Of a stretch of 64,000 bases of DNA, positions 1 through 9,553 are shown in pieces (the stretch's first letter is position 1; each line of letters begins with the position of its first letter). The stretch comes from an uncultured Gemmatimonadales bacterium. GTDB taxonomy: Bacteria; Gemmatimonadota; Gemmatimonadetes; Longimicrobiales; Gaopeijiaceae. The stretch covers positions 412,071 to 476,070 of the forward strand of contig CAWGKG010000010.1 of assembly GCA_963823035.1 (NCBI GenBank), given 5' to 3'. Both the position numbers and the translations under genes were made by a program. Under the pieces are notes generated by a model. It did not search any database. It was not told the origin of the DNA and saw nothing but the letters and a program-made list of their open reading frames with translations.

Positions 1-327
1 GACCCCGGCATCCTGCAAGCCCTTCTCCGCACGCTCGGGCATCGGGTCGGTGAAACTCCTCTTGAACGCCATCATGGCCGACCAATCGGCCTGGAGGACC
101 CGTGCTTCCAAACCCCTGCCCTCGAGACGCCTGGCCTGGTCGAGCGCCTCGGTCACGCCGACCAGCACCTTCTTGGGATCGCAGCCGCGCAGCGCACATG
201 TGCCGCCGTAGGGACGCTCGTCGGTGATGGCCACCGACAGTCCCGCCTGGGCGCACCGACGGGCCACGCCCATGCCCCCCGTCCCGGCTCCGATCACCAG
301 AAGGTCGAAGTCGCGCCGCTCGCCCAC
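1..327 (-). CDS. Pyridine nucleotide-disulfide oxidoreductase, glutathione reductase-like (5' part only, runs off the window)
   Basis: Not in the ORF track. Manual translation from GTG at 327 gives [18 protein letters not shown]...[16 protein letters not shown], with the FAD-binding GxGxxG and the CxxxxC redox motif. RBS GGAGGAGG lies upstream. Confidence 0.9.
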   Translation of the reverse strand, partial: MGERRDFDLLVIGAGTGGMGVARRCAQAGLSVAITDERPYGGTCALRGCDPKKVLVGVTEALDQARRLEGRGLEARVLQADWSAMMAFKRSFTDPMPERAEKGLQDAGV

Positions 328-375
328 AGGTCCTCCTCCCGTTCAACGTTCACGCCCCGTCCCGGCGACCACTCG

Positions 376-391
376 TGCAAAGACGGTACCA
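376..391 (-). promoter_or_regulatory. sigma54 (-24/-12) promoter of the disulfide reductase
   Basis: Minus strand reads TGGTACCGTCTTTGCA (GG-N10-GC), about 50 nt upstream of the start codon. Confidence 0.75.
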
Positions 392-526
392 CGCCCAGCC
401 ATGCTCCGGCGGCGCCTGGAGGAGATGGCCCGTGCCGCCCCGCAGCGCGGAGGAATCCCGTCGGACCGTAGCGCTCCGGATATCGCGTTTCAGATCTACG
501 CGACTCTGGCGGTCGCCTTCGGGGCA

Positions 527-1315
527 TCACTGCCGTCGCACGGAGTGGCTGTACTTCAGCCCAGCCACCAGGGCCACGCCCCCGAGGATGTTCCCCAGCG
601 TGCTGAACGCCAGGACGGTGCCGTAGTCGGCCAAGGTCACCTGAGGATCGATCATGACCCCCGACATCACCTCGACGCTCCCGACGATGCAGTGGTGGAA
701 CCCGACGAACCCCATGCAGAAGGTGATCAGCCACACCACGACCACACGGGAAACGGTTTCCTGGGACGCCGCCACAAGCCACGACAGGAGCCCCATCAGC
801 CACCCGGCCGCCACGGCGCTGAGGACGATGGTCGAGGGCTGGTGATCCACGATGCCGCGACTGATGGCGGTGAACGCCGCCGGCGTGATGACGCCCAGGC
901 GGGGGCCCAGGGTCACAACGAAGGCGGAGAACAGGACCGTGCCTACGAGGTTGGACACGTAGATCAGCGCCCAGAGCCGACCCAGTTGACCGAAGGTGGC
1001 CCGTCCGCTGAGTACCGGAAAGACGGCGAGGGTAGCGTGCTCGGTGAACAACTCGGAGCGTCCGAGGATCACGAACACGAAGCCGACTGTATAGGCGTTG
1101 CCCAGGACGAAACGCTTCAGGAGAGGCGACGCGTCGGGCCCCACCAGGGTCAGCGCGACCGCCATGAAGAAGACCGAGAATCCGATGTCCAGCCCCGCGG
1201 AAAAACCCGATAGAAGGAGTCCGGGTGCAGGTCGGCGCAGTTCGTCGAGCCCCTGGCCTACTTCCTCGGCGAGGATCTGGCCGGATGTCTTGGCTTGGTC
1301 GGTTTCCTGGGTCAT
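527..1315 (-). CDS. Formate/nitrite transporter (FNT) family protein, YfdC-like
   Basis: Motifs SELFTE, SNLVG, HHCIVGS and TLGNILGG with about 6 TM segments. Start placed at MTQETD behind a pyrimidine/purine-rich leader. Confidence 0.88.
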   Translation of the reverse strand: MTQETDQAKTSGQILAEEVGQGLDELRRPAPGLLLSGFSAGLDIGFSVFFMAVALTLVGPDASPLLKRFVLGNAYTVGFVFVILGRSELFTEHATLAVFPVLSGRATFGQLGRLWALIYVSNLVGTVLFSAFVVTLGPRLGVITPAAFTAISRGIVDHQPSTIVLSAVAAGWLMGLLSWLVAASQETVSRVVVVWLITFCMGFVGFHHCIVGSVEVMSGVMIDPQVTLADYGTVLAFSTLGNILGGVALVAGLKYSHSVRRQ

Positions 1316-1376
1316 GTCACGAGGGAGAAGTGAGTTGGGCCGCACCCGGCTGGCGGCGCCCCTGATCGGACGTGCG

Positions 1377-1392
1377 TGCAAAAGGCGTTCCC
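1377..1392 (-). promoter_or_regulatory. sigma54 promoter of the FNT gene
   Basis: Minus strand GGGAACGCCTTTTGCA (GG-N10-GC). Confidence 0.7.
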
Positions 1393-1494
1393 CGCCAGCC
1401 TAACGGGCTTGCCCAGCTTCTCCGGCAAGATGACGTTCAACCCCTCCCTCGAACTGTTCCGACCCAGCGCGCCACGACAAGCGAACCCAGAACC

Positions 1495-2661
1495 ATGGTC
1501 CAGACGCCCCGAGGTGCCCTGTCGGCCGAGGCCGACAAGGTGGTGGATACCTGGCTGTCCCAGCTCCCGCGAGTGGCCGAGCGGGACCTGGAATCCCCGG
1601 ACCTGAGGGAGGGATACCGATCCCTCGCTCGGGCCGTCCTCGGCCAGGGCCTCGCCACCCTCGACGCCACCGCCCAGGGTACCGAGGAGTGGAACCCGGA
1701 CTTCGACGGCATCCTCGCCCGGCTGACCGCGGCCACGAGGAAGGCGGGGCTGAGCATCGGCGACCTGCTCGAGGATCTGGGGCACCTGACGCCGCTCACG
1801 ATATCGTGGCTCCAGGAGGAGCTGGACCATCCGAGCCGGGGGCACGGCGACCTCCTCCGCGTCACCACCCGGCAGATGGTCCTGCTCCACGGTGTGGCGG
1901 GGCGGTTGGTGCGCCTCCTGGAGGCCAGCGCCGCGCGGGCCCGGCGCGAGCACGCCGAGGCCCTCACCGCGATGACCCACATGCTGTCTCACGAGCTGAA
2001 GAACCGCCTCGGGGCGGCGCGAACCGCCAGTCAGATACTCGTGACCCCAGATCTGGGCCTGGACCGGGATGGCCTGGAGCGGGCGGCCGAGCTGGTGCGC
2101 TCCAGCGTGGACGCCGCCCTGCGAACGGTGGACGACGTGCGGACCTTGGCCTCGAGCCGGACCCGAATCGACGAGCACATCACGAACCCCATGCTCCTGC
2201 CGGGGTTGGTCGGGGCCATCGTGGAGCCGCTGGCGACGTTGGCGGAAGAGCAGGGTGTCGCCGTCGAGCTCGATGGCACGGTTCCGGACTGTTGGGTCGA
2301 CGCCCCACGCCTGCGCCTCGTGGCCTACAACCTTGTGGGGAACGGCATCAAGTACCACGACCCGGAGCGGGATACGCCACGGGTACGGATCGCGGTCGAG
2401 GAGCTCCCTGACGGCCGCGTCGAGGTCCGCGTCACCGACAACGGCGTAGGCATCCCGCCCGGGGAGATCGGGGACATCTTCGCCTACCGGGCGCGGGGCA
2501 GCCACACCAACGGGGTGTCGGGGTCGGGCCTGGGCCTGGCCATCACCGCGGAGGCAGTGGCGCAGATGGGAGGAGAGATCTCCGTGGAGAGCCGGGTAGG
2601 CGTCGGCACCACATTCACGGTGCGCGTTCCATCGCTTGCACCCCCGGAGAAACCGATCTAG
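1495..2661 (+). CDS. Cytoplasmic sensor histidine kinase (helical RsbRD-N-like N-terminus, HisKA, HATPase)
   Basis: H-box SHELKNRL, N-box NLVGNGIKY, G1 DNGVGIP, G2 GSGLGLAI. No TM segment. Start codon uncertain. Confidence 0.88.
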   Translation: MVQTPRGALSAEADKVVDTWLSQLPRVAERDLESPDLREGYRSLARAVLGQGLATLDATAQGTEEWNPDFDGILARLTAATRKAGLSIGDLLEDLGHLTPLTISWLQEELDHPSRGHGDLLRVTTRQMVLLHGVAGRLVRLLEASAARARREHAEALTAMTHMLSHELKNRLGAARTASQILVTPDLGLDRDGLERAAELVRSSVDAALRTVDDVRTLASSRTRIDEHITNPMLLPGLVGAIVEPLATLAEEQGVAVELDGTVPDCWVDAPRLRLVAYNLVGNGIKYHDPERDTPRVRIAVEELPDGRVEVRVTDNGVGIPPGEIGDIFAYRARGSHTNGVSGSGLGLAITAEAVAQMGGEISVESRVGVGTTFTVRVPSLAPPEKPI

Positions 2662-2690
2662 AGCCGACCGGAGGCGTCTCGCGGGGAAGT

Positions 2691-3065
2691 TCAGTGGCTC
2701 GCCAGCCCTTCGGTCAGCGCAGAAATCAAGGCGTGCGGGTCGAGGGGCTTGGTCAGGACCCGGACGAAGTCGCCGCTCTTGATGGCCCTGGCCCGCAGGC
2801 GGGAGCTGTCGGACGTGATCGCGATGACGGGAATGGCGCGGCCCGGGGGCTGGGCAGCCAGGGCCGCCGCGATGTCCAGGCCGCTCATGCCGGGTAGGCG
2901 CAAGTCGGTGACGACGACATCCGGGCCGACGCTCTCAACCATGGCGAACCCCGACGTGCCGTCGGGCGCGGCCGCCACGCGCCACCCCTGGGACTCCAGC
3001 AGGAGGGTGAGGACCTCCCGCACTCCTGCGTCGTCCTCGATCAGCACAACCTGCCTGTTCGTCAT
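2691..3065 (-). CDS. Single-domain response regulator receiver
   Basis: LIEDD, PDVVVTDLRLPGMSG, VIAITS and LTKP motifs; 124 aa from MTNRQV. Confidence 0.88.
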   Translation of the reverse strand: MTNRQVVLIEDDAGVREVLTLLLESQGWRVAAAPDGTSGFAMVESVGPDVVVTDLRLPGMSGLDIAAALAAQPPGRAIPVIAITSDSSRLRARAIKSGDFVRVLTKPLDPHALISALTEGLASH

Positions 3066-3132
3066 CCCATGCCCACCTCTCTCGATGCCTGACGCGCCAA
3101 GCCGCAGGCGTCTGTTCCCGCAAGCCTTCCCT

Positions 3133-3148
3133 CGCAAGCCTGGTGCCG
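3133..3148 (-). promoter_or_regulatory. sigma54 promoter of the receiver gene
   Basis: Minus strand CGGCACCAGGCTTGCG (GG-N10-GC). Confidence 0.7.
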
Positions 3149-3169
3149 CAACCCCGGTGTCGCAACGCG

Positions 3170-4534
3170 TCAGAGGTCGTGTTTGCGCCGCCGGCGCCAG
3201 AGCGTGGTGGTTGAGATGCCCAGAATCTCCGCGGCCTCCTTCCCCGTGCTCGTGGCCTCCAGCACGCCCTTCAGGTGCCGGCGCTCCGCCTCGTCCAGCG
3301 TGATCATGGGCGTGCCCCCGGGGACGTGGGTTCCGGGTCCGTCGTCGCTCCGGGGCAACGCGCCCGCACCCACGCGCGCACGCCGGCTGAGGATGACGGC
3401 CCGCTCCACGGCGTTCTGCAGCTCCCGCACATTGCCAGGCCACGTTCGTTCCATCAACGCCCGCTTCGCCGCGTCGGTGAGCCGGGCGCCCGGACGCCCA
3501 TACCGCGCTCCGAAGAAGTCGACGAAGCCCTCCGCCAGCGGTACGATGTCCTCGGGGCGCTCCCGGAGTGGAGGCACGATGATTTCAATAACGCGAATCC
3601 TGTAATACAGATCCTCACGGAACTCGCCGGCCTCTACGGCACGCTCGAGATCGTGGTTGGTGGCCACGATGAGCCGGACGTCGGCGGAGATGGTCTTGTC
3701 GCTGCCGACGCGCTCGAAGGCACGCTCCTGGATGAACCGAAGCAGCTTGGGCTGCAACTCCACGGGCAGGGTGCCGATCTCGTCGAGGAAGACGGTTCCA
3801 CCGTCGGAGCTGGCGACGCGCCCCGCGCGACTGCGCACGGCCCCGGTGAAGGCCCCCTTGACGTGGCCGAAGAGCTCGCTCTCCAAAAGGTCTCGGGAAA
3901 GAACTGGAGTGGACACGACCGAATAGGGGCGCTCACGCCGCCCGCTCCAGTCGTGGATGGCCCGGGCCAGGACACCTTTTCCGGTCCCGCTCTCTCCGCG
4001 GATGAGGATGGTGGCGTCGCTCTCGGCCGCGCGACGGGCCGTGGCGTACACCTCCCGCATGACGCGGCTCTCCGTGTGGATGCTCGGCGGCGGCACGGTG
4101 TGCTCCAAGTCCTCGCGGAGACGCTCGATGCCCTGCTCCAGATCCCGTATGGCCGAGATCTGGCGCACCAGCGCCTGGACCTTGGGCACGGAGACGGGCT
4201 TCTCCAGGTAGTCGATGGCGCCACGGCGCATGGCTTCGACCGCCGACTCGATGGAGCCGTGGGCGGTCACCACCACCACCTTGAGCCACGGACTCTTCTC
4301 GATGAGGGCGGACACCAGATCCAGGCCCGAGTCCGATCCCAAACGGAGATCGACGATGGCCAGGTCGAACAGGTCCGCGTCGCTGGCCTCGAGGGCGGCG
4401 GAGGCCGTGGCCACGGCGGTGGGGCGGTACCCAAGGCCGTCTACCAGTAGGGCGAGGGTCTCGCGCCCGACCTGCTCGTCGTCGACGATGAGGATGCCGA
4501 GAGGCGTCTGCGAGCTGTCGTGCTGATCGGCCAT
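3170..4534 (-). CDS. sigma54-dependent response regulator (NtrC/AlgB/ZraR type: REC-AAA+-HTH)
   Basis: REC domain, Walker A GESGTGKG, ESELFGHVKGAFTGA, FLDEIG, WPGNVRELQN and a Fis-type HTH (AAEILGISTTTLWRR). Start placed at MADQHD. Confidence 0.95.
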   Translation of the reverse strand: MADQHDSSQTPLGILIVDDEQVGRETLALLVDGLGYRPTAVATASAALEASDADLFDLAIVDLRLGSDSGLDLVSALIEKSPWLKVVVVTAHGSIESAVEAMRRGAIDYLEKPVSVPKVQALVRQISAIRDLEQGIERLREDLEHTVPPPSIHTESRVMREVYATARRAAESDATILIRGESGTGKGVLARAIHDWSGRRERPYSVVSTPVLSRDLLESELFGHVKGAFTGAVRSRAGRVASSDGGTVFLDEIGTLPVELQPKLLRFIQERAFERVGSDKTISADVRLIVATNHDLERAVEAGEFREDLYYRIRVIEIIVPPLRERPEDIVPLAEGFVDFFGARYGRPGARLTDAAKRALMERTWPGNVRELQNAVERAVILSRRARVGAGALPRSDDGPGTHVPGGTPMITLDEAERRHLKGVLEATSTGKEAAEILGISTTTLWRRRRKHDL

Positions 4535-4568
4535 ATCCGCCCTGGTCCACCGACAATTGAGTGCACGC

Positions 4569-4584
4569 CGGTACGCGGCTTGCT
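4569..4584 (+). promoter_or_regulatory. sigma54 promoter of the DoxX-epimerase-VKOR unit
   Basis: CGGTACGCGGCTTGCT (GG-N10-GC), 70 nt before the DoxX start. Confidence 0.7.
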
Positions 4585-4654
4585 CCATGGACGGTAAGCA
4601 TAACCCCGCGGGCCCCGGCGGTTTCGGCACGGGGCCGTAGACGAGGAGTTCTAC

Positions 4655-5179
4655 GTGAACACGACCACCCCGCCCAACATATGGCAACGCCTTTCGCCGA
4701 TCCCCCTGCGGCTGATGCTGGGATTCGGATTCCTGATCCACGGGTACCCCAAGCTCTTCACCAACCAGGGGAACGAGGCCATCACGGGAATGCTCGCCGG
4801 GATCGGCATCCCGGCACCGGCACTCTCGGCCTATATGGTCGGAGGGCTGGAGTTCTTCGGCGGCATCCTCCTGATCCTGGGGGTGGCCGTCCGCACCGTG
4901 AGCGTGCTGGGCGGCATCGAGATGCTCGGGGCGGCCGTCACGGTCCATGCCGCGGCGGGCTTCAACTTCCTGAACGCGACCGGCATGACCGAAGGTGGCC
5001 AGATGCAGTTCGGGCTGCCCGGGTACGAGGTGAACCTACTCTATCTGGCTGGCTTCCTGACGCTCGTCATGACCGGGAGCGGTGCGTTCTCCATCCGGAT
5101 CGCCAAGCCGGACCGGCGCCACGCCATGCAGGACCGGGTGGTGCATGAGCCTGTCGAGGAGTCCGCCGGCATCCCGTAG
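4655..5179 (+). CDS. DoxX family membrane protein
   Basis: LRLMLGFGFLIHGYPKL, EFFGGILLILG, GYEVNLLY and GSGAFS motifs. Confidence 0.88.
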   Translation: MNTTTPPNIWQRLSPIPLRLMLGFGFLIHGYPKLFTNQGNEAITGMLAGIGIPAPALSAYMVGGLEFFGGILLILGVAVRTVSVLGGIEMLGAAVTVHAAAGFNFLNATGMTEGGQMQFGLPGYEVNLLYLAGFLTLVMTGSGAFSIRIAKPDRRHAMQDRVVHEPVEESAGIP

Positions 5180-5286
5180 GGTCGGCCTCTCATCGTTTCA
5201 AATCCAGGGAAGGTGAAACGGATCCGGCCGGGACGGGTCGCGCACGGGTCCCTCACCCCCCCGACAATCCGGAAGGAACATCGACC

Positions 5287-5736
5287 ATGAACGAATCCGC
5301 CATGCAGGATCTGCTGTCCCTGGAACGCACGCTGTGGACCGGAGGCCCGGAGGCGTATCGAGAAAATCTGGACCGTGAGTGCCTCCTGGCCTTCACCGAG
5401 ATGGCCGGCGTCTCGAGCCGGGAGGCCGTGGCCAACCAGGTGAACGGATCCCCGCGGTGGAAGGAGTTGGAGATGGAGGTGGAGGGCGTCATGCGCCCAA
5501 CTGAGCACGTCACCATCCTGACGTACCGGGCCAGCGCCGTCCGCGGCGACGGGAACCGGTATCACGCCCTGGCGAGCAGCGGCTATGTCCGGAGAGAGGG
5601 CGCGTGGAAGCTCATGTTCCACCAGCAGACGCCCTTGTCGGCCGAGGCGGGAGCCGGCACCGACGGTGGCACGGATGTTGAACTCCTGGACCCCCACGAT
5701 CCCTCGACTATTGTCCGGAACGAGTTCCATCCATGA
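5287..5736 (+). CDS. NTF2-like / DUF4440 protein
   Basis: Pattern LTYRASA...ALASSGYVRREGAWKLMFHQQTP; stop overlaps the next ATG. Confidence 0.75.
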   Translation: MNESAMQDLLSLERTLWTGGPEAYRENLDRECLLAFTEMAGVSSREAVANQVNGSPRWKELEMEVEGVMRPTEHVTILTYRASAVRGDGNRYHALASSGYVRREGAWKLMFHQQTPLSAEAGAGTDGGTDVELLDPHDPSTIVRNEFHP

Positions 5737-6809
5737 GCAGATCCACCGTTCTCATCACCGGCTGCAACGGCCTCATCGGCGAGGCCCTCACCCGCCGCCT
5801 CGGCTCGGATTTCGACGTCATCGGCGCGGACATCAGTGACCCGCCCGAGGACAACCCTCTTGCCGAGTTTCGGCACGTCGATCTCAGCTCCGACGCCAGC
5901 GTCCAGCAGACCGTGGACCACATCCGGGACCACCACCAAGGGACCCTGGCCTCCGTGATCCATCTGGCGGCGTACTACGACTTCTCCGGCGAGCCCAGCC
6001 CGCTCTACGACGAGATCACCGTCCAGGGCACGCGCCGTCTTCTGGACGCGCTCCAGCCATTGGACGTCGGCCAGTTCGTCTTCTGTAGCACCATGCTGGT
6101 ACACGCCCCGGTGAAGCCCGGCGAACGCATCGACGAGGACTCACCTCTGGAGGCCAAGTGGGCCTACCCCGAGTCGAAGCTGAAGACCGAGAACGTGATC
6201 CGGGAGCACCGCGGTGACATCCCGGTGGTCCTTCTCCGGCTCGCGGGCGTCTATACCGACTACGGCCAACAACCGACCCTGGTGCACCAGATCCAGCGCA
6301 TCTACACCCAGGACCTGGAGAGCTTCTTCTTCCCCGGCGACGTCGAGGCCGGCCAGTCCCTGGTCCACCTGGACGACACCGTGGACGCCATCGCCCGGGC
6401 CGTGAAGCGCCGGGACGAGCTGGGCCCCGAGACGCCGATCCTGGTGGGGGAGCCGGACCCACCGTCCTATGCCGCGCTCCAGGACCGCATCGGCGAGCTG
6501 ATCTGGCACCGGGAGTGGCCCAGCATCCGCCTGCCGGAGGGCGTGGCCAAGGCCGGGGCGTGGCTCAAGGCCCGGACCCCCGGTAAGGAGCCGTTCATCA
6601 AGCCGTTCATGATCGAACTCGCCGACGACCACTACGGGCTCGACATCGGAAGGGCCGAGAAGCTCCTGGGGTGGAAGCCACGGCATGATCTCGTGGACGT
6701 GCTGCCCTCCATGGTCCAGAGCCTCCGGGACGACCCGGCGTCGTGGTATGAGAAGAACGGGCTCGAGGTGCCCGACCGCATCGCGGAATACGCCGGTTCC
6801 GGCTCGTGA
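5733..6809 (+). CDS. NAD-dependent epimerase/dehydratase (extended SDR)
   Basis: TGCNGLIG Rossmann motif, VIHLAA, catalytic YPESK. Confidence 0.9.
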   Translation: MSRSTVLITGCNGLIGEALTRRLGSDFDVIGADISDPPEDNPLAEFRHVDLSSDASVQQTVDHIRDHHQGTLASVIHLAAYYDFSGEPSPLYDEITVQGTRRLLDALQPLDVGQFVFCSTMLVHAPVKPGERIDEDSPLEAKWAYPESKLKTENVIREHRGDIPVVLLRLAGVYTDYGQQPTLVHQIQRIYTQDLESFFFPGDVEAGQSLVHLDDTVDAIARAVKRRDELGPETPILVGEPDPPSYAALQDRIGELIWHREWPSIRLPEGVAKAGAWLKARTPGKEPFIKPFMIELADDHYGLDIGRAEKLLGWKPRHDLVDVLPSMVQSLRDDPASWYEKNGLEVPDRIAEYAGSGS

Positions 6810-7453
6810 GCGACGCGGCCTCCCCCGCCGTCGACGCCTCGCGAGGGCGCCTCGATACGGCGATCACCGCGCCGCCGTTCGACTACAATCCGTCCTCCAT
6901 GCACCAGCGCCGGCGCATCGCCGTCATCGCGCTGGTGGCATCGGGGATCTCCGTGTACATGGGACTCTATCAGTGGGGGATCATCGACAGGGTGTGGGAC
7001 CCGGTCTTCGGCGGCGGCACCGCCACGGTCCTCACCTCCAGCGAATCCGAGGCCATGAAACGGCTCATCGGTCTTCCGGACGCCGTGCTGGGCGCGTGGG
7101 CCTACCTCACGGAGGTGGTGCTGAGCATGGCCGGTTCCGAGCGGCGCTGGCAGTTCCGCCCCTGGATGGTCATCCTCTTCGGAATCGATGTGATCCCCCT
7201 GGGGATCGTGAGTTCGGTGCTCGTGGTGCTCCAGGGGACCTCCGTGGGCGCCTGGTGCTTCCCGTGCCTGGTCACGGCCGTGATCTCCCTGTTGCTGGCC
7301 TTCCTGGCCTACGACGAGGTGTGGTCCAGCATGAAGTACCTGTGGGCCGTATGGACCCGGGAGCGGGACCCTCGGTTGGTCTGGGATGTCTTCCGGGGTC
7401 ACCCCACCGACCGGGGGTATGCCATCGCCCGCGATCAGGCCAGCGGAGGGTAG
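6806..7453 (+). CDS. Vitamin K epoxide reductase (VKOR) family protein
   Basis: VWDPVFG..VLTS, LPDAVLG and WCFPC (CxxC) with four TM segments. Confidence 0.82.
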   Translation: MSDAASPAVDASRGRLDTAITAPPFDYNPSSMHQRRRIAVIALVASGISVYMGLYQWGIIDRVWDPVFGGGTATVLTSSESEAMKRLIGLPDAVLGAWAYLTEVVLSMAGSERRWQFRPWMVILFGIDVIPLGIVSSVLVVLQGTSVGAWCFPCLVTAVISLLLAFLAYDEVWSSMKYLWAVWTRERDPRLVWDVFRGHPTDRGYAIARDQASGG

Positions 7454-7457
7454 CCGG

Positions 7458-7820
7458 ATGTGGGCGAGATACGTCGAGATGGCGCTGGGCGTCTGGCTCC
7501 TGGTCAGCCCATGGGTCCTCCCTGATGCCGGCGGAGGGGTCACCGTGGTGAACATGTTGGCCGGAGCGCTGGTCCTCCTGCTGGCCGGGCTGTCCTTCAC
7601 GCATCGCCTGCGCGCGGCTCACCTGGGAAGCCTGCTGGTCTCGATCATCCTCATCGGCTGGGGATGGAGCCATTTCGTCCGGCCCGGCCCCGCCGCCGCG
7701 CAGAACCAGATCCTCACGGGCCTCATGCTGGGCCTCGTCACCGTCGTGCCCAGCGAGAGCTTCCGGCCCCCGCCTTGCTGGCGGGCCTATGTGTCGGAGG
7801 AGAAGCAGGGCGAAGCCTAG
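7458..7820 (+). CDS. SPW-repeat small membrane protein
   Basis: LGVWLLVSPWVL motif and hydrophobic helices; start at MWARYV. Confidence 0.75.
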   Translation: MWARYVEMALGVWLLVSPWVLPDAGGGVTVVNMLAGALVLLLAGLSFTHRLRAAHLGSLLVSIILIGWGWSHFVRPGPAAAQNQILTGLMLGLVTVVPSESFRPPPCWRAYVSEEKQGEA

Positions 7821-7847
7821 GAGCCCGCGGGCTGCCAGGCCGATGGG

Positions 7848-9263
7848 TCAGGAGCCCCCGGCTGCTTCATCCCGCCCGATCCGCTTCCTGGCATCACCAT
7901 CCGCCTCCCTGGGCGCGATCGACGCGGGCCAACGGTACAGGTCGCACGCTGCCGGGTCCTCGAGACACGCTTCGGCGAAGACGTAGGCGCCCATGGACCA
8001 ACTCTGGAGCCGGCGGGCGCGCCGGCCGAGAGACGGGCTCTTCTCGCCGTCGTAGTACTCGGGCCAGTCGTCGTCGTCGATGCGCCGCCTCATCGCGGTC
8101 GTGGCACGCTCCAGGAGGTCCGTGCGACCCCATGTGACGGCGGCCGGGGCGAAGGACCACAGGAGGCTCGGCCACCATCCGCCGTTGTGATAGCACCAGG
8201 GCTCGTTCTTGGTGTCGGCCCCGGTGAGCACCCGCCAGGGCTCCCCCGCCAGCGCCGGATAGACGATGCGAGGGGCCCCGGCCACCAGGTCGTCCCAGCG
8301 CTCCTCGTAGAGCCGAGAAATGCCGGTGGCCTGGTCCTGGTCGCACAGACCGGCACTCACCGCCAGGAGGTTGCCCTGAGCGAAGAAGCGGAAGTCGATG
8401 CGGCCTGGCCCGACGTTGCCGCACAGGTAGCCGGCGTCTTCGGGCAGCCAGTCACCCACCCAGTCCGGGATGGCCTCGGGAAACACGTTGAAGACGTTCA
8501 CGACCTCCTCCCCGTACTGGTCACGCTCCATGTGTCGCAGGTCGGAAAGCCGCTTCGCGTCCATCCAGTAGTAGCGGGCGACATGGTGTCGGAGATTGTG
8601 GAGGCGATGCTCCACGGCGGTCGCGATCTCCTGCTCGTCGTCCAGGAGTTCCGAGGCCGCCCGCAGCGCCGCGAAAAAGAGCGCCTGCACTTCCAGGGGA
8701 TGGCCGTACACGCCCATGCGCCGGTCGATCATGAACGAACCGTCGGGCACCAGGAGCGTGGGGAACATCTCGAAGCTCCCTCCGAGGATCAGCCTCAGGA
8801 TCCGGCAGATCCCCGCCTGGACGTCCTCGCGATGGGCGAACCCCGTGTCCCCGGTAACCACTCCGTAGGCACGCAGGGAGAGGAGCCACCAGAACACCGA
8901 GTCCACGGGCGTCACCCGTGCGATGGACTCCTCCCCGTAGTCGCCCTCGAGCATGGTGTCCCCGTCCACCTCGACGGGGCGGAAGCTGGCCGGCATGAGC
9001 CCCCGGCGAGGCTCCAGGGCCTCAAGGGCCTCCTCCTTGCTCTGCAGGGAAAGCGTGGTCAGCAGGAAGTTCCGCACGACCTGGTGCTCACCGCGCAGCA
9101 GGAAGGCGGGAACGCAGACCGCGAAGTCGCGCACGAAACACTGGTCGTAGTTCAGCGAGGGGGCCCGATCGTCCTGTGAGGCCCGCACTCCGACAGTGCG
9201 TCCATCGAAGTCCATGCGCGCCTCCTGGAGTAGGCGCCACGCGCGATCCGCCGTATCCGTCAA
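7848..9263 (-). CDS. Alkaline/neutral invertase (glycoside hydrolase family 100)
   Basis: LNYDQCFVRDF, GLMPASF, VTPVDSVFWW, PTLLVPDGSFMIDRRMGVYGHPLEVQALF, YHNGG, WPEYYDG. TTG start at 9263 chosen for the upstream GGGAG; the ORF extends to 9329. Confidence 0.93.
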   Translation of the reverse strand: MTDTADRAWRLLQEARMDFDGRTVGVRASQDDRAPSLNYDQCFVRDFAVCVPAFLLRGEHQVVRNFLLTTLSLQSKEEALEALEPRRGLMPASFRPVEVDGDTMLEGDYGEESIARVTPVDSVFWWLLSLRAYGVVTGDTGFAHREDVQAGICRILRLILGGSFEMFPTLLVPDGSFMIDRRMGVYGHPLEVQALFFAALRAASELLDDEQEIATAVEHRLHNLRHHVARYYWMDAKRLSDLRHMERDQYGEEVVNVFNVFPEAIPDWVGDWLPEDAGYLCGNVGPGRIDFRFFAQGNLLAVSAGLCDQDQATGISRLYEERWDDLVAGAPRIVYPALAGEPWRVLTGADTKNEPWCYHNGGWWPSLLWSFAPAAVTWGRTDLLERATTAMRRRIDDDDWPEYYDGEKSPSLGRRARRLQSWSMGAYVFAEACLEDPAACDLYRWPASIAPREADGDARKRIGRDEAAGGS

Positions 9264-9351
9264 AGTCCACTCCCGCTTTCGATCATCCCGGCCCTCCGGC
9301 TCCCGATCGGCTTGGCGCGCAGGATACACGCATCACAGTCACCGCGTCGCA

Positions 9352-9367
9352 TGGAACGGAGTTTGCA
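9352..9367 (+). promoter_or_regulatory. sigma54 promoter of the tal-pgi/gnd/zwf/glk operon
   Basis: TGGAACGGAGTTTGCA (GG-N10-GC). Confidence 0.75.
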
Positions 9368-9553
9368 AACAACCAGACAATCAGGTGGATACGCGGCGAC
9401 GCGCCCCGGCACGCTAAGAGAGTGGCGCGAGCCGAGCAAGCGCTGTCCGACGACGCCTGCCGCAGCATCTCCAACGTGAGGAGCCCGACGTGCCCCCGGC
9501 CGCACCGGCAGACCGACCCAGCCTCGTGCACCAACGCCTTTCAAACCTAGAAG

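Noticed and set aside
5194..5220. CGTTTCA-N13-TGAAACG inverted repeat as an activator binding site
   Set aside because: Only 7 bp, not found at the other sigma54 promoters, and may be a terminator-like stem after doxX.
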